In this document: positions 23,595-37,604 of the stretch, one piece after another
Layout: each line of letters starts with the position of its first letter
Numbering within the stretch: position 1 is the first letter of the stretch
NCBI RefSeq assembly: GCF_000315625.1
Contig: NW_005434668.1
Coordinates: 505,808 to 569,807, forward strand
Source: Guillardia theta CCMP2712
Lineage: Eukaryota > Protista > Cryptophyta
DNA length: 64,000 nt
Reading direction: 5' to 3'
Notes under the pieces: model-generated
What the model was told of the DNA's origin: nothing
What the model saw: only the letters and a program-made list of their open reading frames with translations
The model's database searches: none
Position numbers and translations under genes: made by a program

Positions 23595-25524
23595 ATGCTA
23601 CCCAAGATGAAATTCGACGCTTTTGCAAAAGAGCAGAACCTTGAAAGGAAAAAAGTGGACCGCAGGTCTTTTCCTATCTGTCTTCCTTTTTTTTAAGTTC
23701 TGACAATCGTACAGTTCTGTCTCAGAAGAAGTCGATTCCTTCCTGTCTAAAAGGATTGTCCACGGGTATTTACTTTCAAAACAGTCGAAACAAATGTATG
23801 ATGTGCTTTGCAGGCGAGGTGAAGTCGTTGCTCTGATGGAGGAATTCTGTATGAAATTTGCAAGCTCTAAGAGGAGGAGGTTGCAAAAAGATGGACAGTG
23901 GAACAATGAAGTACCAGAGAACATCAGCAGCATAGGTGTCGGTCTTCTCAATGCAAGGTTGCAATTTGTCGAGGTCAATCAGAATTTGCTCGAACTGTTC
24001 GGCTCGGCCCAGATATTGGTATGCATGTGAGAACGATGATTTGCGTGACTGACACCGTTGGCTCAGGCCGAAACGGATCTCATCTCTCTTTTGGAATGCC
24101 ATGACAAAGTTATCTTGAAAGGAAGGCTGGACAAGTTGTCGCAAGGAGCGAGCAAGGTTTTGGACGCTCAGATTACGATTGAGCGAAACAACTTGAAATT
24201 GGAGCTAGCCCTTTTCTCATGCCAGTTCCAATCAGATGTGCGATTCTGCGTCCTGATGATCCCGTATTATCCCCAGCGTCAACTGTCGGCCAAAGACGTG
24301 CTTACAGCTTCCAAACCCTCTCTCGCGATTGATCGCTTGGTGCACAAAGATTGCAACGTCGATTCATCTGAAGAAACCTCCGAGAATGATTCGGAAAGCA
24401 GCAAGGAGAAGAAGAGTGTGCCCTATCACCCATTGCTTCACGGTATCTGCCCCAAGTCCCAGAAGACTTCTTGGCTTCCTTCTGCTTCAGATTCGCAGAG
24501 CGCAAGCTTGCAAGGATCAGCCCTCCCAGCGTTTGCCAATACCATCTCTGGGATGTCGATCACATCCATAGCGGATTACTATAGGGCCTTGCAGAGCACT
24601 ACTCCTGTCCTCCTTGCTGTTCCTACCTCCCAGACTCAGAGTGACAGCTCGTCGCTACAACGCCTGAACCTTCCCACGTCTAACAACTTGAACCTCTCCA
24701 GCACTCTGTACAGCAGCGAAATCAAACCCTCTGTCTCTTGGCCATCGCTGGCCATTTCCAATTTGACAAACACGTCATCGCAAAGGGTTCAGCTCCCTGG
24801 AAATGTTGGACAAGCAGCTGACAACAGCTATCAAACCAGCGCCAAGAGCAACGGCAACCTCTTGACGTCCTGGTCGGGTCTTAATGGAGCCATGATGGAC
24901 TTCTCAAAAACAGACGCAGCTCCTTCCTTGACTTCCCTCCTACAACAGCTTGAGCTTCAGAAGAAATTGCAGTCACAGCAGCAGCAGCTCTCGGCTCTAT
25001 CACTTCAAATCTCGAACTTGACTGCGCTGATCCATCAGAGGAAGACTGAAACGAAGCCAGAGGTCAGGCCTCAAGAGAGTGCTGCTGGAGTTCTTGCGTC
25101 CATGGGCGAGTCCTCTCAGGACACGCAGGCAAACTCAGGGGATCAAGTGGATGTGGAGGATGAGGGCAGGGCACTCGTGGGAAGAGCTTCCCAAAGGAAC
25201 GTCACCATCCGCTGGACAAGAGAAGAGCATGTGAGTACTAATGGCTCCGTTGATACTGGACCATCTGACTTATGTCTCCAGGCCGCGTATTTGAAGGGGT
25301 TGGAACGATTCGGAACAGGTCACTGGAGCAGCATCTCCAAGCTATATGTTCCCTCCCGTACGCCAGCACAAGTGGCGTCGCATCATCAGAAGTTTGCCAT
25401 CAGGAGCAACCTGCTTCCTGCCGAGAAGCAGAAGCCGTCCATCCTCGACATCACAACTCCCGCTGTGCAGAAGCTTCTGGCAGCGGAGAGAGAGAAGGAA
25501 ATCCAGCTCCAGATGGCGCAATGA
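23595..25524 (+). CDS. SHAQKYF-class single-repeat Myb transcription factor with N-terminal PAS-like region
   Basis: RWTREEH|AAYLKGLERFGTGHWSSISKLYVPSRTPAQVASHHQKF...KPSILDIT; IGVGLLNARLQFVEVNQNLLELFG is PAS-like; 5' end approximate. Confidence 0.8.
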
Positions 25525-25644
25525 TGTTAATTGGAATGTTTCAGTAGCGATTTAATGAAAGTGTGTTGTGCTTCCCTCGCAAGGGTCTGGTGTCACTAGC
25601 GTCAGGTTACAAGCATAGACGAGCTATGTTAAGAGGCGATGCCG

Positions 25645-27748
25645 TCAGTGAGACTTGAAAGGGGAAGGGTCCATCTGCGCAAGGATCCGGACAGGTGACT
25701 CCTGTTGCTCCGTCAGCGTCGCTGCTATGGCAAGAGCCTCAACCACCTGTGATCCGCAAGGCTCTGCGTCCTCCCTCGCGCTCTCGATGCTCATGTTGAG
25801 CGCTTCTATGCTTCGCTCGAGAGCAGCGCAACGCTTCTTCTCCTGTAGAGCCCAGCAGTCACACCACCAGCAGGAGCGACATGCCACCAACCTTCTCCAG
25901 CTGCAGGGTGAGCTGCACGATAGTTTCGCTGTCTCGAGTCTTCTTCAGCATCGAGGAGGCTGGCATGGGGATGAGAACGAGGCACCAGCAGCAAGGAGGC
26001 TCTACCTGCTGACACGACTTGCTCCGCCACGAAGCGCGAGTCCGGGTTCGGGTCCAGCATCTTGCTCAGCAGGTCTGCAGGGTCACATAAGAGATGCGCC
26101 TCCTCCTCCCGAGCCCTTCACCGCAAAGCTCGCTGGACCTCGAGGGGAGCTGCACTGCTGCCCCTGCTCGGATCTCCTTGTAGTCTCCGTCGCTCAGAGT
26201 CAGGCGCTTCTCCAGCGCAAGCTCCAGCACAGTCGCTCCCAGCGAGTAGATGTCGCACGGGGCGAGCTGCCTGCAGAACCCCTGCTCCATCCCCAGCTCA
26301 TCAGTTGACAGGCAGGCAGGCGGATTAGAAGGGGGTCACCTGGGAGAAGCCCTGGATGACTTCAGGAGACGCGTACCTGCCGTCGCCTTCCATGGGCTCG
26401 ACCCCCTCGCTCAGCGTCTTCTGAGCAAACGCCAGGCCGAAGTCGCCCAAGAGGAACCGTCCTTGCTTGCAGTAGATGTTGTCCGGCTTCACGTCCAGGT
26501 GCGCCAGCCCTCGAGCATGGATGGTGCGCAGAGCCTTCCCGATCTGGTGGAGGACAGCGACCAGCGTCGCTTCCTCCACCCGCACGTGAGCTGCGACAAA
26601 TTTTTCGTGGAGGGTGCACTCGCAAACTTCCATCTGGATGTGGAGCTGCTGGTTCTCAAGCCACGCGTTGTGATACCTGACCACGTTCTTGGTCCCTGCC
26701 ATCGAGTGAGAGGAGCAAGATGACGAGGACGGAGGAGGTCACCAGCAAGGGCAGCCATGGCGAAGACTTCCCTCAGTGCTTCTCTCTTCTCCCTCTCACT
26801 CTTCAGGTCTGCATTGCTCCTCTTGATCGCGTACAGACATCCGTCTGTTCTACTTCGAGCAAGATGCACAGTACCAAAGCTTCCCTTGCCTAACATGCGC
26901 AGCTCGTCGAAATCCTGGAGGTACCGGGAGGGTTTGCATCCCTCAGCTAGGATCGGCATGGCGCGGCTGGGTGTCCGTTTCTCCACAGCTGCAACAAGGT
27001 TACAAGCTGCGGCAATTCTCCTCCAGCAACAGTCACTCACTGGTTAGTGTCTCCTCAACGAAAGGATTCAGGTTGCACGCGTTGGCCCCAACAAGGCGAG
27101 GGTGAGCACGAGCCTCAGACGAGGGCTCTGCGCTCTTGTGCTGAGCTCTTGACGGCAGGGCTGGTTGCTGGAACCAGTCGGAGATTGTTGTCTGCTGCTT
27201 CATGCACACCGAAGTTCTGACATGACACGAGAGTCACCAGCGGCGGAGCCCAACGCAAGGCATATACCGTGATTTGACAGGCGCGGCAGGAGGAGCCTTG
27301 CTGCTGTTCAGAGGCTTGCGAGACTTGCTCGTCTCCTCCTCCTCCTCCTCCGGAAGGGATTCCAAGTCATAGATGAATCGATCAGGCTTCGACGCAGTCC
27401 TTGTCTTGCGCCGCTTAGAAGCATTGTCTGGTGTGGGAGGCTCGGCCCCGATCATGTCCTGATCGTCGTCCTGCAAGGAGATGTTCAGGAGTGACACAGC
27501 CGCAGGTCAAGAGCCACCTGAGTGCCCTGGGACCAGTTGAGCTCCTGCACTTGCCCCTCTGGCGTGCAGAAATCCCCGGAGAGGTACTCGGGAGTGCAGT
27601 AGACAACTTCCCCGTTCTCGTCTATCTTGGACTTTTGTGAGAGGTTCTTCTCTTCCCTGTCTGTGTCGCAAGACATGACATTGCTGAACTCCTGCGTCAG
27701 GCGCGATAGAGGCGAATTGATGTTTGCTGGCCGTTTCTTGGGGAACAT
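25645..27748 (-). CDS. WEE1: WEE1-like protein kinase; multi-exon
   Basis: SRYLQDFDELRMLGKGSFGTV...DGCLYAIKRS...ALREVFAMAALA, VRYHNAWLEN, AHLDVKPDNI, LGDFG, EGDGRY, CDIYSLGATVLE. Confidence 0.85.
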
Positions 27749-29723
27749 CTGCAGAACAACTGTCAACGCCTCGCGAGATCAGGTACGTCTGCAGCAGAAG
27801 ACAGAACTTCTAATGAAGTTGCAAAAGAGCAAGTGTTGGTGAGAAAGTACGCAAGAAGACAGACTACTGCAACAAGACTAAGCAGGAACCAAGGAAGCCC
27901 CTCGGGTGGAACCAATGAGAGTAGGAAAGGGAATAGCAAGGGGGAGCAAGGTAGCGGAAGTGTACCAAATGCAGCAGTAGAAAGGAGGAGAAATAGACGA
28001 GGGAAAGAGCAGGACATCAAAGTTCTAGAGTGAAAATCAAGACGAGAGGATGGAGGACAAAAACAATTTCTAGCGTAGTAGCGTTGTATGTGGAGTTGAG
28101 ACAAGCACAGAAAGCAGAAGAAGAAACACAAGCATGAGCAATGGTTAAAAGTTAAGGAGCAGGAGCAGGAGCAGAGGCAGAGGCAGAGGCAGAGGCAGGA
28201 GCAAGAGCAGGAGCAGGAGGAGCAGGAGCTGCATGATGGCGGCAGTGGTTGCTCCGAGCCTAGAAGGGCAGCATGGAGGGGCTCTTGTCCATCGAGCAGC
28301 ACTACCCCTCCATGTCATATACCTTTAGGGGGTGAAGGTCGGAATAGGTGGGAAAGCAGGTAGGGTACCCCCACCCCCAATCCTAAACCTTTTGATGATG
28401 AGTACCGGTCTCAGGTTGGGTCTAGGGTGGGGTCCGAGCAAAGCTCCTTCGTGAGCGACGCAACCATCTTTACTACCCCTTGGTAATAGGCTTAAAACAC
28501 GGGTCCTATGTCCGTTAAAATTCAAATAAACTACAACTTATTTTAAAAATAGTGGCACGGCGCCGCTTGCGTAACATGCTCTCACGATGTGCTTTTGAAG
28601 TTCCTGGGACGAGTACAAGGTGGTTATTTATAGAGATGATTGGTACTGTAGCAGGGGTAGATCTTGTACCACACTTCCCTTTAAAACTTAATAAGATGCA
28701 ATCTCACGGGCCTTTTGTACCATAATCTTCTTTTATACATTATTTTAACAGGATCTCGGTACTGTGGGCAATTTTAAAAACTGCAGAAGCAAACCTTTGA
28801 GGTAATGCAGGCCGGGCAGCCTCCTTTAGCTCCCTCATCGTCGCCCTGTGCCACTCCCGCTTGTCCTCGCCTTCCTCGTTCATTCCTCCATCATGTCATC
28901 CGGTCATAATTCCTCTTGCTTCTCTCCTTCTCTCCTCCTCCTCCTCCTCCTCACCCTCACCCTGCCCTTCCTTGGCGACTTGGTCTTGTTTGATTTTTCT
29001 TCCCAATTCATAGCAAATCCCTCCCCTCGATCCTTCTGGACTGAAATGCCACCTTTTGGTGGATAATTTGTTTCTTCGCTCCCATGGTTACATGCTTTCA
29101 ATCACTCAGCAGCTATTTGTACCTTTTGGTACCGCCATGCTCCTGCAACCAGTTTGATCTTGATCCTGCTTTGATGTCCCTGCTCAACCTTCGCTACTTT
29201 TCCCTGCGCAACCTTCACTTTTGCTTTCCCATCTTTACTGAAAGTGATCGAAACCTTGTGTGTGTATATGTTTGCATTTGTGTAAGCGAGAGGGCTTTTA
29301 ATGTTTTTGTCCTTGTGTGCTCGCTCTGCAACTAGCAGAGACATGTTTCCGTTGCATTGCTGTGGTTCTGACAGGAATCTTGCAGTATTGAGACATGATT
29401 CAGAACCTGTGGTCACTCTGTGCACTCGCTCGCCTTCTGGAGGGCAGCACGAAGCCTTGCGCACCGCAAAGCCCTCTGAAGCAGCAGATGGATCGCAACG
29501 ATCACTAAGGATGGCAATAGCGACGGCCGGATGCTTTGGGTCGCATGCGAGGACTTTGCCTCCTCGCTGACACTGCCATTTTATGTAGATGAAGGATAAG
29601 CTCAAACCGTATTTGAAGCTGAGTGTACAATAAAGCTCTTTCAGAGAGACTGCTCGATTTACGTAATGTTACACGAGGAATCTATTGTTGCGACCCCGGA
29701 AAACTTAAAAAACAGAAATTCTC

Positions 29724-32138
29724 TTAGTTTACATCTTCAAACGTTACAATGTCTTCATCCACATCATCCAAGGAAAGATAATCTTTTGACACGAGTCAGC
29801 AACAACGTTCCCTTCTTGCCTTGAGAATTACCTGGAGCACGATTTCCCACTGATAGAATCGGGTGGCTGTCACCGGCTGCAAGCTCCTCAACTCGCCTGT
29901 TTCCAGAAGTCATGAGGTTATGGCAGTTGTTGGCTTCACCTTATCAAGTCTTCAAAATCTGACTTATCGTCACAATAGAATCCCAAGGCAAGAGATGGAT
30001 CGATGTGCGCTAGTGACATCTTTCCTGGGTGCGCACAATGAAAAGATGCGACGTTGATGTTCTTTCTGATCGATTGATAAGGCTAGAACGGAAAAATATC
30101 AAAATGGATAACAATCGCATCCTCATTCGAACCTGAGTTATGTGAGGGTCCAGATAGTAAGCATTATATCCTCTGACACCAACAAAGTAGTATGAGTGTC
30201 TTGGCCGTCCACCAATGAATCCCAGGCTCTGCAAATGCTTGTCAATTCGAGACAAGTGCTGATCTTCAGACCTGAGGCAAACTGAGGTATGACGCAAGCT
30301 TTGGAATATAACTTGGATTGATCCTATCACTGTGAGCCTCTCAATGGCGAAATCTAAACGTTTCACATCCTTACCTTGCACCGAGTCTAACGGGTACGAC
30401 AACAATTAGTGGCCTCCACGAGCAAGGTTCCCTTGCTTGAGCCATTCTGCTGCAGTTGGTACCCGAGTACGCCTGTGCAAGAGAGAAAGAGTTAGCAGAG
30501 ATGTGGAAGATAATCAAGTTATCCAATAATCATAACATACCTGTCGAGAACAAGCCACACTCTCAGCCAAATCACGATAGATACAGTGATCTTCCACAAA
30601 GAGCATTCCAGCTGTGTGGCACGGCCAGACACCCTGAACTTCGCATTGAGAATGAAGAGAGCATAGAAAAATTCAGACGGACCTCATTCATATTCCATAT
30701 ATGCCTGAGGACTCGACAGATTGTGTCTGGTCCAAACCATCTGATTTGTGCAACTAAGTGCAAGGTCGGTCAAAAGAATGGAGCATTACTGTCCAATGCT
30801 GCGATGAAATTGCTGTCCAGTTTGTGCTATACGATGTATTGAAAACATGCTCGCTGGATGGTCTTCAAACAACTTCAAAATTTGTCCATACCTGCAGCAC
30901 AATGGTTGAGATATAGCCCCATGTAGCATCAGAACTATAACCAGCGAGGAGTGGGCTTGTCCCTTCGCAATCGCCAATCTCTCCTCAAGTGATGATGTAG
31001 CAATGCTTGTGCCAGCATCATTTGGCCACTGCGCAGCATGCATCCCCAGCCGCTGTCTGAAGTAAGATTGCTCGGTTCGATTGGAGAAAAACCAGATCGA
31101 TATGTGAACCTGACGCAACAAATCATCACCGGCCATATCATCGTGGAGTTGTTTTTCAAAACTGAAGATGAAACAAAAGGAGAGAAATGACATACCAGAG
31201 CCTTGATTGAATGTCGTGTTTGAAAGCTCTTTGTGCGCGCATCCACACCGTTTGCTGGTCGGTTGTACCGCGATTTGTAGCATTGCCACGGGGAGAATCT
31301 GGTCCAACTTTATACTTCCATCCCAAAACCCATGCTGGAGCACATGAACCATCAAGAAATTGCCTCTTGTCTAGTTCTGGCGGAGGTCCATCAACAAAAT
31401 TGCGAAAAATGTATGAACGGTCTCTGCAACTTTACGTGTAGCGTTTGCCATGTTGTTGTGTGTGTTCAACACCAGCTGTCGAGACAGTGGAAGCAAAATG
31501 CGGGGTTCGACAAACATGTACTCGCTATCAAGCTTGCTTCTAGGAGAGTCCGAGGCATCGACGCTGGATGTAAGGCAGTAGGCTCTGTCGACGAGCTCGA
31601 CCTCACACTTAAACTTGACATCAGCCATTTCACGCATCCAAGGCTCTAATTCGTTCTCGTCAGCTGCGAAGTAGTAGTCGCGGAGTATCCACCACTGACT
31701 GTGCTTGGGAGAAACGCTTCTCTGTGACGATATTTTGATTGCCACAGGGAACCTTCCTTCGTGTCCATCTACAACCAAGTTTTGCACCTTGCCAAATTCT
31801 GCATCATCTAAACTCACGATACCCTTGAGCTCCCATTGTGCTGTACCGCCGTTGAAGGGAAAGACGTGTGACCAGTATTGAAGTTCACAGTCCTCAGTGA
31901 TAACAACATATCGCTTCTTCCAACCCCTGCCATGATATGATAATTTGTGAAGCCAACCCTGCTTGATTATACCCTTCCTGCTATCAGGAGACAAGTGCAT
32001 GTAGGACTGATACTCATCAACAGGCAAAGGTGGTATATGGGGAGTTTCGTGGTTGGAAAACTTCGGCAAAGGAGCGCAATTGCTCCCCATCACCCTTGAG
32101 TTGGGAGAAGGAAACGATTCGACAAACCCTGCAGCCAT
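29724..32138 (-). CDS. ATG4: ATG4 cysteine protease (C54) with N-terminal PH domain; multi-exon
   Basis: TYRSGF...[20 protein letters not shown] (catalytic Cys), [25 protein letters not shown]; PH motif [34 protein letters not shown]. Confidence 0.85.
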
Positions 32139-34296
32139 CGTTCTTTCTCAATGACCCTCGCAGCCTGATAGAGGAAAGAGGAGACAAGTGCCAGCCTTTG
32201 TGTTCTTGGTAATAAAAACAAGAAGACGCAAGGAGACGGACCTCAGCTCCTCTTTTTCTCCACCTTCTCTTCGCTGGTTCCAAGCCTGGCTGCCATTTTG
32301 TCTCTCTCTCTTTCTACCCTTACCCCTACCCCTAACTCTTCCACTACCCCTTCTCTCTGTCCACCCCACCCACCTCTTAGGGTCATGGTCCCCCTCCTTG
32401 CCTTGGGTAGGATACCCCTCCAACTGTACTCTAGCCCACTCCAAACCAATTCCAGTCACCCTACCCCTGATAGTGGCTGGTCTTAAACGGGTGGTATTCT
32501 TATCGAGAGGGTGACATGGTTCACTCCGGGTTCTCTGAGGGAAAGGAACCCATAGGGGTGGGATCAAGCGATCTCTTGAGGGTGGGGGTAGGATTAAGCA
32601 AGCAGTATCTGGGGTGGGTAACGATTATGCGTATGAAGAGGAGGGGTGGGGTTAGGAATATGAGGGGTCCGATGATGGGGTAGTGAAAGATTTGTTCTTA
32701 ACGAAATTGGGTAGGGTGTCTTGTTGATTGACAGTTGGGGGTAGGGTGATCCTTCGTTGCACCTGGTAAGACCTGGTCCTAGAAAGAAGGCTATAGGAAG
32801 GAATAGACAGATAGAACTTCCCTCAGTCCGTTGATTGTACCGTCGCACCGGAAGCACCACTGACCGGACGGCCCGCCGGCGCCCGGTCGTGGGCGGGCCC
32901 GGCCATTGAACTCAGAGTAAATTCCGACTCGGATGATCGCCGGCCGCCCCCCGAGCCTCAGCTAAGCAGGCCTGGCTTGCCAAGCACGCTCAGGGCACTG
33001 GGCCGGATTCGACCGTGAGTGACTGTGCACTGCCGCGCCTCGGGCCGCCAGGGCCCGGCGCTACGGCGGCGGGCCGTGGCGGCCCGCAGCTCAGGCTCCG
33101 ACCCGGAGTGGCCAGCAGAACTTGGAATGCATGGCCGGGCCGCCGGAGGCTCGCCCCGGCAGATTGTTTCTAGTCCGCCGGGTAGGGTAGTGACCCCTAC
33201 CTCCATGATTCATGGTGGAACTCACAAGAGGCATCCAGAGAGGGTGGGGGTAATGACCCCTGTAGGCTTTTTTGACTTTTCAAACCGCAGCACATGGTCT
33301 CTAAACCCCTCCCAGCACCTGTATTTCAAGGGGTAGGGGTCATGACCCATTGGTATCACTTTGTTGAGTAAAATTTGTACTCTGATGACGCTGCGTGCCG
33401 CTCCTTCAATGGGCCCGGAGGAGGAAGGGGAGGCAGTGGAGAAAGTGGAGGCAGGGGAGATGAGGAAGGTCAGGAGGGGCAGCATATGGAGCAAGAAGAG
33501 AACCATAGCAAGCACTAGAATCAAGGGGGGAGGGAGATGGAGATAGAAGAGCAGGAGGATATGGTGGAGACGAATAGTAGTATCACTAGCTGCAGCTGAG
33601 CAAGGTTTTCGGGGAATGATTTTGAGCACTGCTGATATTCTGGGGAAGGATTGGTGACGTTTTTTCATGTTGAAGAGTGAGTGTTCTGATGGCGCATGTG
33701 CATGAATGTCGGAGTATCTAGAGGAGAGGAACTACAAATGGAAGCAGGGACAGGCCCACATGGATCAGTCTGGGCAATGAAGGGGGAAAGAAGCGGTGAG
33801 GGGCGTGAGAGGGGAAAATCGATTTGAAAGGAGCTGAATGAAGGACAAGCGGAGGAACTTGAGGATTGATCAGTGAAATAGCTTGTGTATATGATAGGGC
33901 GGACCGACAGGGGAGCCTTGTGACTGAAGAGAAATATACCCGTCGTTCTATCTCTAGTGTCCTGACGAGCTTTCTTGTTCTGCTCTGCTTTTTCTGTAGA
34001 GTTGTGCTTACGAGTTTGATATGGATATTCTTGCCCCGGTTGTGTTGGTAGGCATGTCTCATTTAGAGTGCTAGCATTGATGCAACAACCTTCTGCTTTT
34101 GATCTTGTTAACTCAGGATAACTTTGTGAGTGCGTGTTTTCTTGCTCTACACAACGGTCCTTGTTCTTTAATGCTTCAATCTTCGATTCCCTTTGAACGT
34201 CCATAACCTGATTCGATGCAAAAGAAGTGCGTAATTGACATGGAAGTAAAGCACCTGGCAGGTTCTTTTCACCAACAAAACAGACCAGGAATAATC

Positions 34297-35121
34297 ATGA
34301 GTACTGAATAGTGAGTAATTCTCCTCTGTTATAGTTTGCGCCTTCCATGTCTTCAATGGCTATTCGCATGCTAACTATCAACAACAGCGATTACTTGTTC
34401 AAGCTTTTGCTCATTGGAGACTCTGGTGTTGGAAAGTCTTGCCTCCTCTTGCGTTTTGCCGACGACACCTACACTGAGAGCTACATCAGCACCATCGGCG
34501 TTGACTTTGTGAGCATGTTCTTCTTCCTTCTTCCTCGTTCTTACTCCAATGTCAGAAAATCAGAACCCTTGAGCTCGACGGGAAGACGATCAAGCTGCAA
34601 ATCTGGGATACGGCTGGTCAGGAGCGCTTTCGCACCATCACCTCCTCCTACTACCGAGGAGCGCACGGGATCATTGTTGTGTATGACGTGACCGATCAAG
34701 AATCGTTCAACAACGTCAAGCAGTGGATGAATGAGATCGATCGCTATGCCAACGACAAGGTCAACAAGATGTTGGTCGGCAACAAGTGCGACCTCACCGC
34801 GAAGAAGGTGATGCCTAAGGCTTCTGCGGGATCACCAGGGCTGACAGTGCCTGCAGGTCGTCGACTACAACACAGCTAAGGAGTTTGCTGACCAGCTTGG
34901 CATCCCCTTCTTGGAGACCTCGGCAAAGGACTCTACCAACGTCGAGCAAGCTTTCATCACCATGGCGGCTGAGATCAAGGCTCGTATGGCTCAGGCACCT
35001 GCACCCAAGAGCGGCGGCCAGTCCATCCAGGTGACGAGCTTCTTGTGTGTGCTGTGAGGGGCTAAGACCTTGGCAGGTTGGAGCAGGTGCTGCAGTGGGG
35101 GAGAAGAAGGGCTGCTGTTAA
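34297..35121 (+). CDS. RAB1: Rab1/Ypt1 small GTPase; multi-exon
   Basis: MSTEY|[64 protein letters not shown]-terminal GCC prenylation motif. Confidence 0.97.
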
Positions 35122-35277
35122 GCGAGGAAGAAGCTCAAGGGGTGCAGAGAAGTTGTACATGGGAAGAGGAGTGGGATGGCTTGCCGTCTCTGTCCATTGT
35201 GATTAATTGATTTTTGATATGTGGAGCGACTTTCCATGCTCGGGTTCACAAGATGAGAGACGCGTGCGGTCTCGGCG

Positions 35278-37604
35278 TTAAACTTGCAAGATTCATAAAT
35301 CCGATGCGAATTGACGTCGAGAGCTTCTCCTCCGCTGCTTCCTCTCCGCTTGTGGTTTACTCTTCATATTAGGCTTTCAAATCCTTAAGTGTCTGTACGT
35401 CTTCTCACAACTCTCTCTTGTTAATAAGAACCTCCGTCGGGATCCACTCCTTGTCGACGAGCTTCTTCCTCGGCCTGCCACAACACGAGTCAAGTCAGAC
35501 CAATCACCTCCCTCATCTCGCACACCTGGCGGATAAGCTTCTGCAGCTGAGCAAAGAGGAACGGACGATGTTCTCCGAAGATTTCTCGAACTCTCTCTAG
35601 GGTTTCGTCGACGCTCTGTTGGCCTGTAGGAGCGTGAGATACCGGCGCCAGGACTCAGTCAACACACCAGCATTGAGACGTTTGATGTTCGCCGAGAACT
35701 CGCGGAACTGCTCGGGCTCGAGAACGCGTTTGACCTGAAGGACCACCAGCATGATCCTTGTCCTTGCTGTTCCTCCTCCTCCTCCTCCTCCTCCTCCTCC
35801 TCCTCCTCCTCCTCCTCCTCCTCCTCCTCCTCCTCCTCCTCGTCCTCACCTGCTGGTAGTAGGTCGCTGCATCCATCGTGATCTCAGGCGCCGCATTCTA
35901 CCACCGCAGAGCATCATGAAGACGGCAAACGAAATTGACATGGTGCTGTCACCTGCGAAGATGCTTGCGGGGTTGACTTGGGCATGGCATTGGCTCCTGC
36001 ATGCGGATACCCTTCGTTCATGATCAGGCATTATTTCCTCATCAACCAGACGATCGACACCTGCATTCCCGCTCGGGTATCCCATACCAGAGGCTCCTAG
36101 ATGCGCTGGTCAGGAGTTGGCGTTGGAACTGCAGGCGAGAAATACCGGGGAAAGCATCCACATTCCCATTGTAGAAGTTCATCGAGGTCGATGGCTTGCT
36201 GTAGGTCGAATCAACCTCTGCAGGGAGACAAGAAGTGCGACGTCACCTCATGAGATCGATCGAGGGGGAAGGGATCGAAGAGCTATTGAACGTCGAGTCC
36301 ATCGGCTGAACAAACATCATTGGAGCCTCGACGGGAATGCCAAGAAAGCTACCGGCAGATTGTCAAGCATGCCTTGGACATTCAGAGTGTCGAGACCAGT
36401 GTCTGCCTACAAAACAATTAAGAACTGAACTGGTTAGAGGAGGAGAAGAGGGAGGAAGGGGTCGGGAGGGGGGGGGGGGGGGGGTAAACCTGCAGCATGT
36501 TGGAGATGTTCTTCTTGAAGCTTTGAAGCTGGAATTTCGAGTCAACTTGAGTTCGTCAACTTCTCAGATCTTCAAACCTGGGAAGCGTGCTTCTTGAGCG
36601 TTGCGATCTGAATGCACGTTAGAAACCCAAAGCAGAGCAAGAAGGCAAAGCAAGCACCTGATTCAAGGCCACGTTTCTTGCTTCCGTCAGCTGTGCGATC
36701 TGAAGAGCGATAAGGACAAGGAAAACTTTCCAGAAGGGGACATTTGTTCCCCCTTGCAACCAACCTCTTGCTGCCGTTCGCTCAATTGCCTCTGAAGCTC
36801 CGAACTGAAGCGCAAATGAGCAAATAAAGTGATAGTTGAGAGTCCGATGCCAGTCACCTCCGTTGGTTCGCCTTGTTCAGCTCCTCTCGGGTCTGCGCCT
36901 CCTGCTGTTTGTGGTGCTGGGCGACTCGTTTCCAGTGCTCCACCTCGCGTGTGAGCTCCTCTGCCATCAAGTCAGGAGACAGGAACCGTGGCAGAACATG
37001 TCTAAACTTGACGAGTCAAATGTGCATGAAATTGTGCTCCTCTTCCTCATTATATGCATGAAACGGTGCTCACAAGGAAATCCTGTGTCAATACATGTCT
37101 CACAGAAACTTGTCTCTAGAACTGACTTGTCTTCTACATGACCTGTTCCTTCCTCCATCTCACACGATGCAACGAGTATTCATCGTATCTTGTCGCTCGT
37201 TTGCATTTTCACTTGCAATCATCTGTGTTGGGGGAAAGAACAGACATCCAAGAATGGAGTTGGTGAGAGGTGAACACATGAGTGCAGGGTGCAAAGGGTT
37301 TAAAGCTAACGTCGAAGATGCTGAGGATCATGAGCAAAGAGAGAATAGATGTGGTTGCGAGAGAAGTTGAAACATGTATCGTCTCATCTCAAGGATCGTG
37401 AGGAGATCATGAAGACGAGATTTTCAACTCAAGAGGATTGAGAGCGAGCTGTCTCCTCCTCCTCCTTCTCCCTTGTGCTCTCTGATGTTGGATGGTTGTT
37501 CTCCTCTCCTCGCTTCCTCTCTCACCTGCTCTTCGTCCGTACGCCTGTTGGACCATCTGCAGCCCAAGCTGCATCTGCCCGTCCGCCGTCGTCTCTCCGT
37601 CCAT
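35278..37604 (-). CDS. Multi-exon hypothetical coiled-coil protein
   Basis: Series of short coding-like exons with GT-AG borders; no family recognised; boundaries uncertain. Confidence 0.35.

Noticed and set aside
28848-29605. ORFs between WEE1 and ATG4
   Set aside because: Short overlapping ORFs on both strands without recognisable motifs; a gene cannot be supported.
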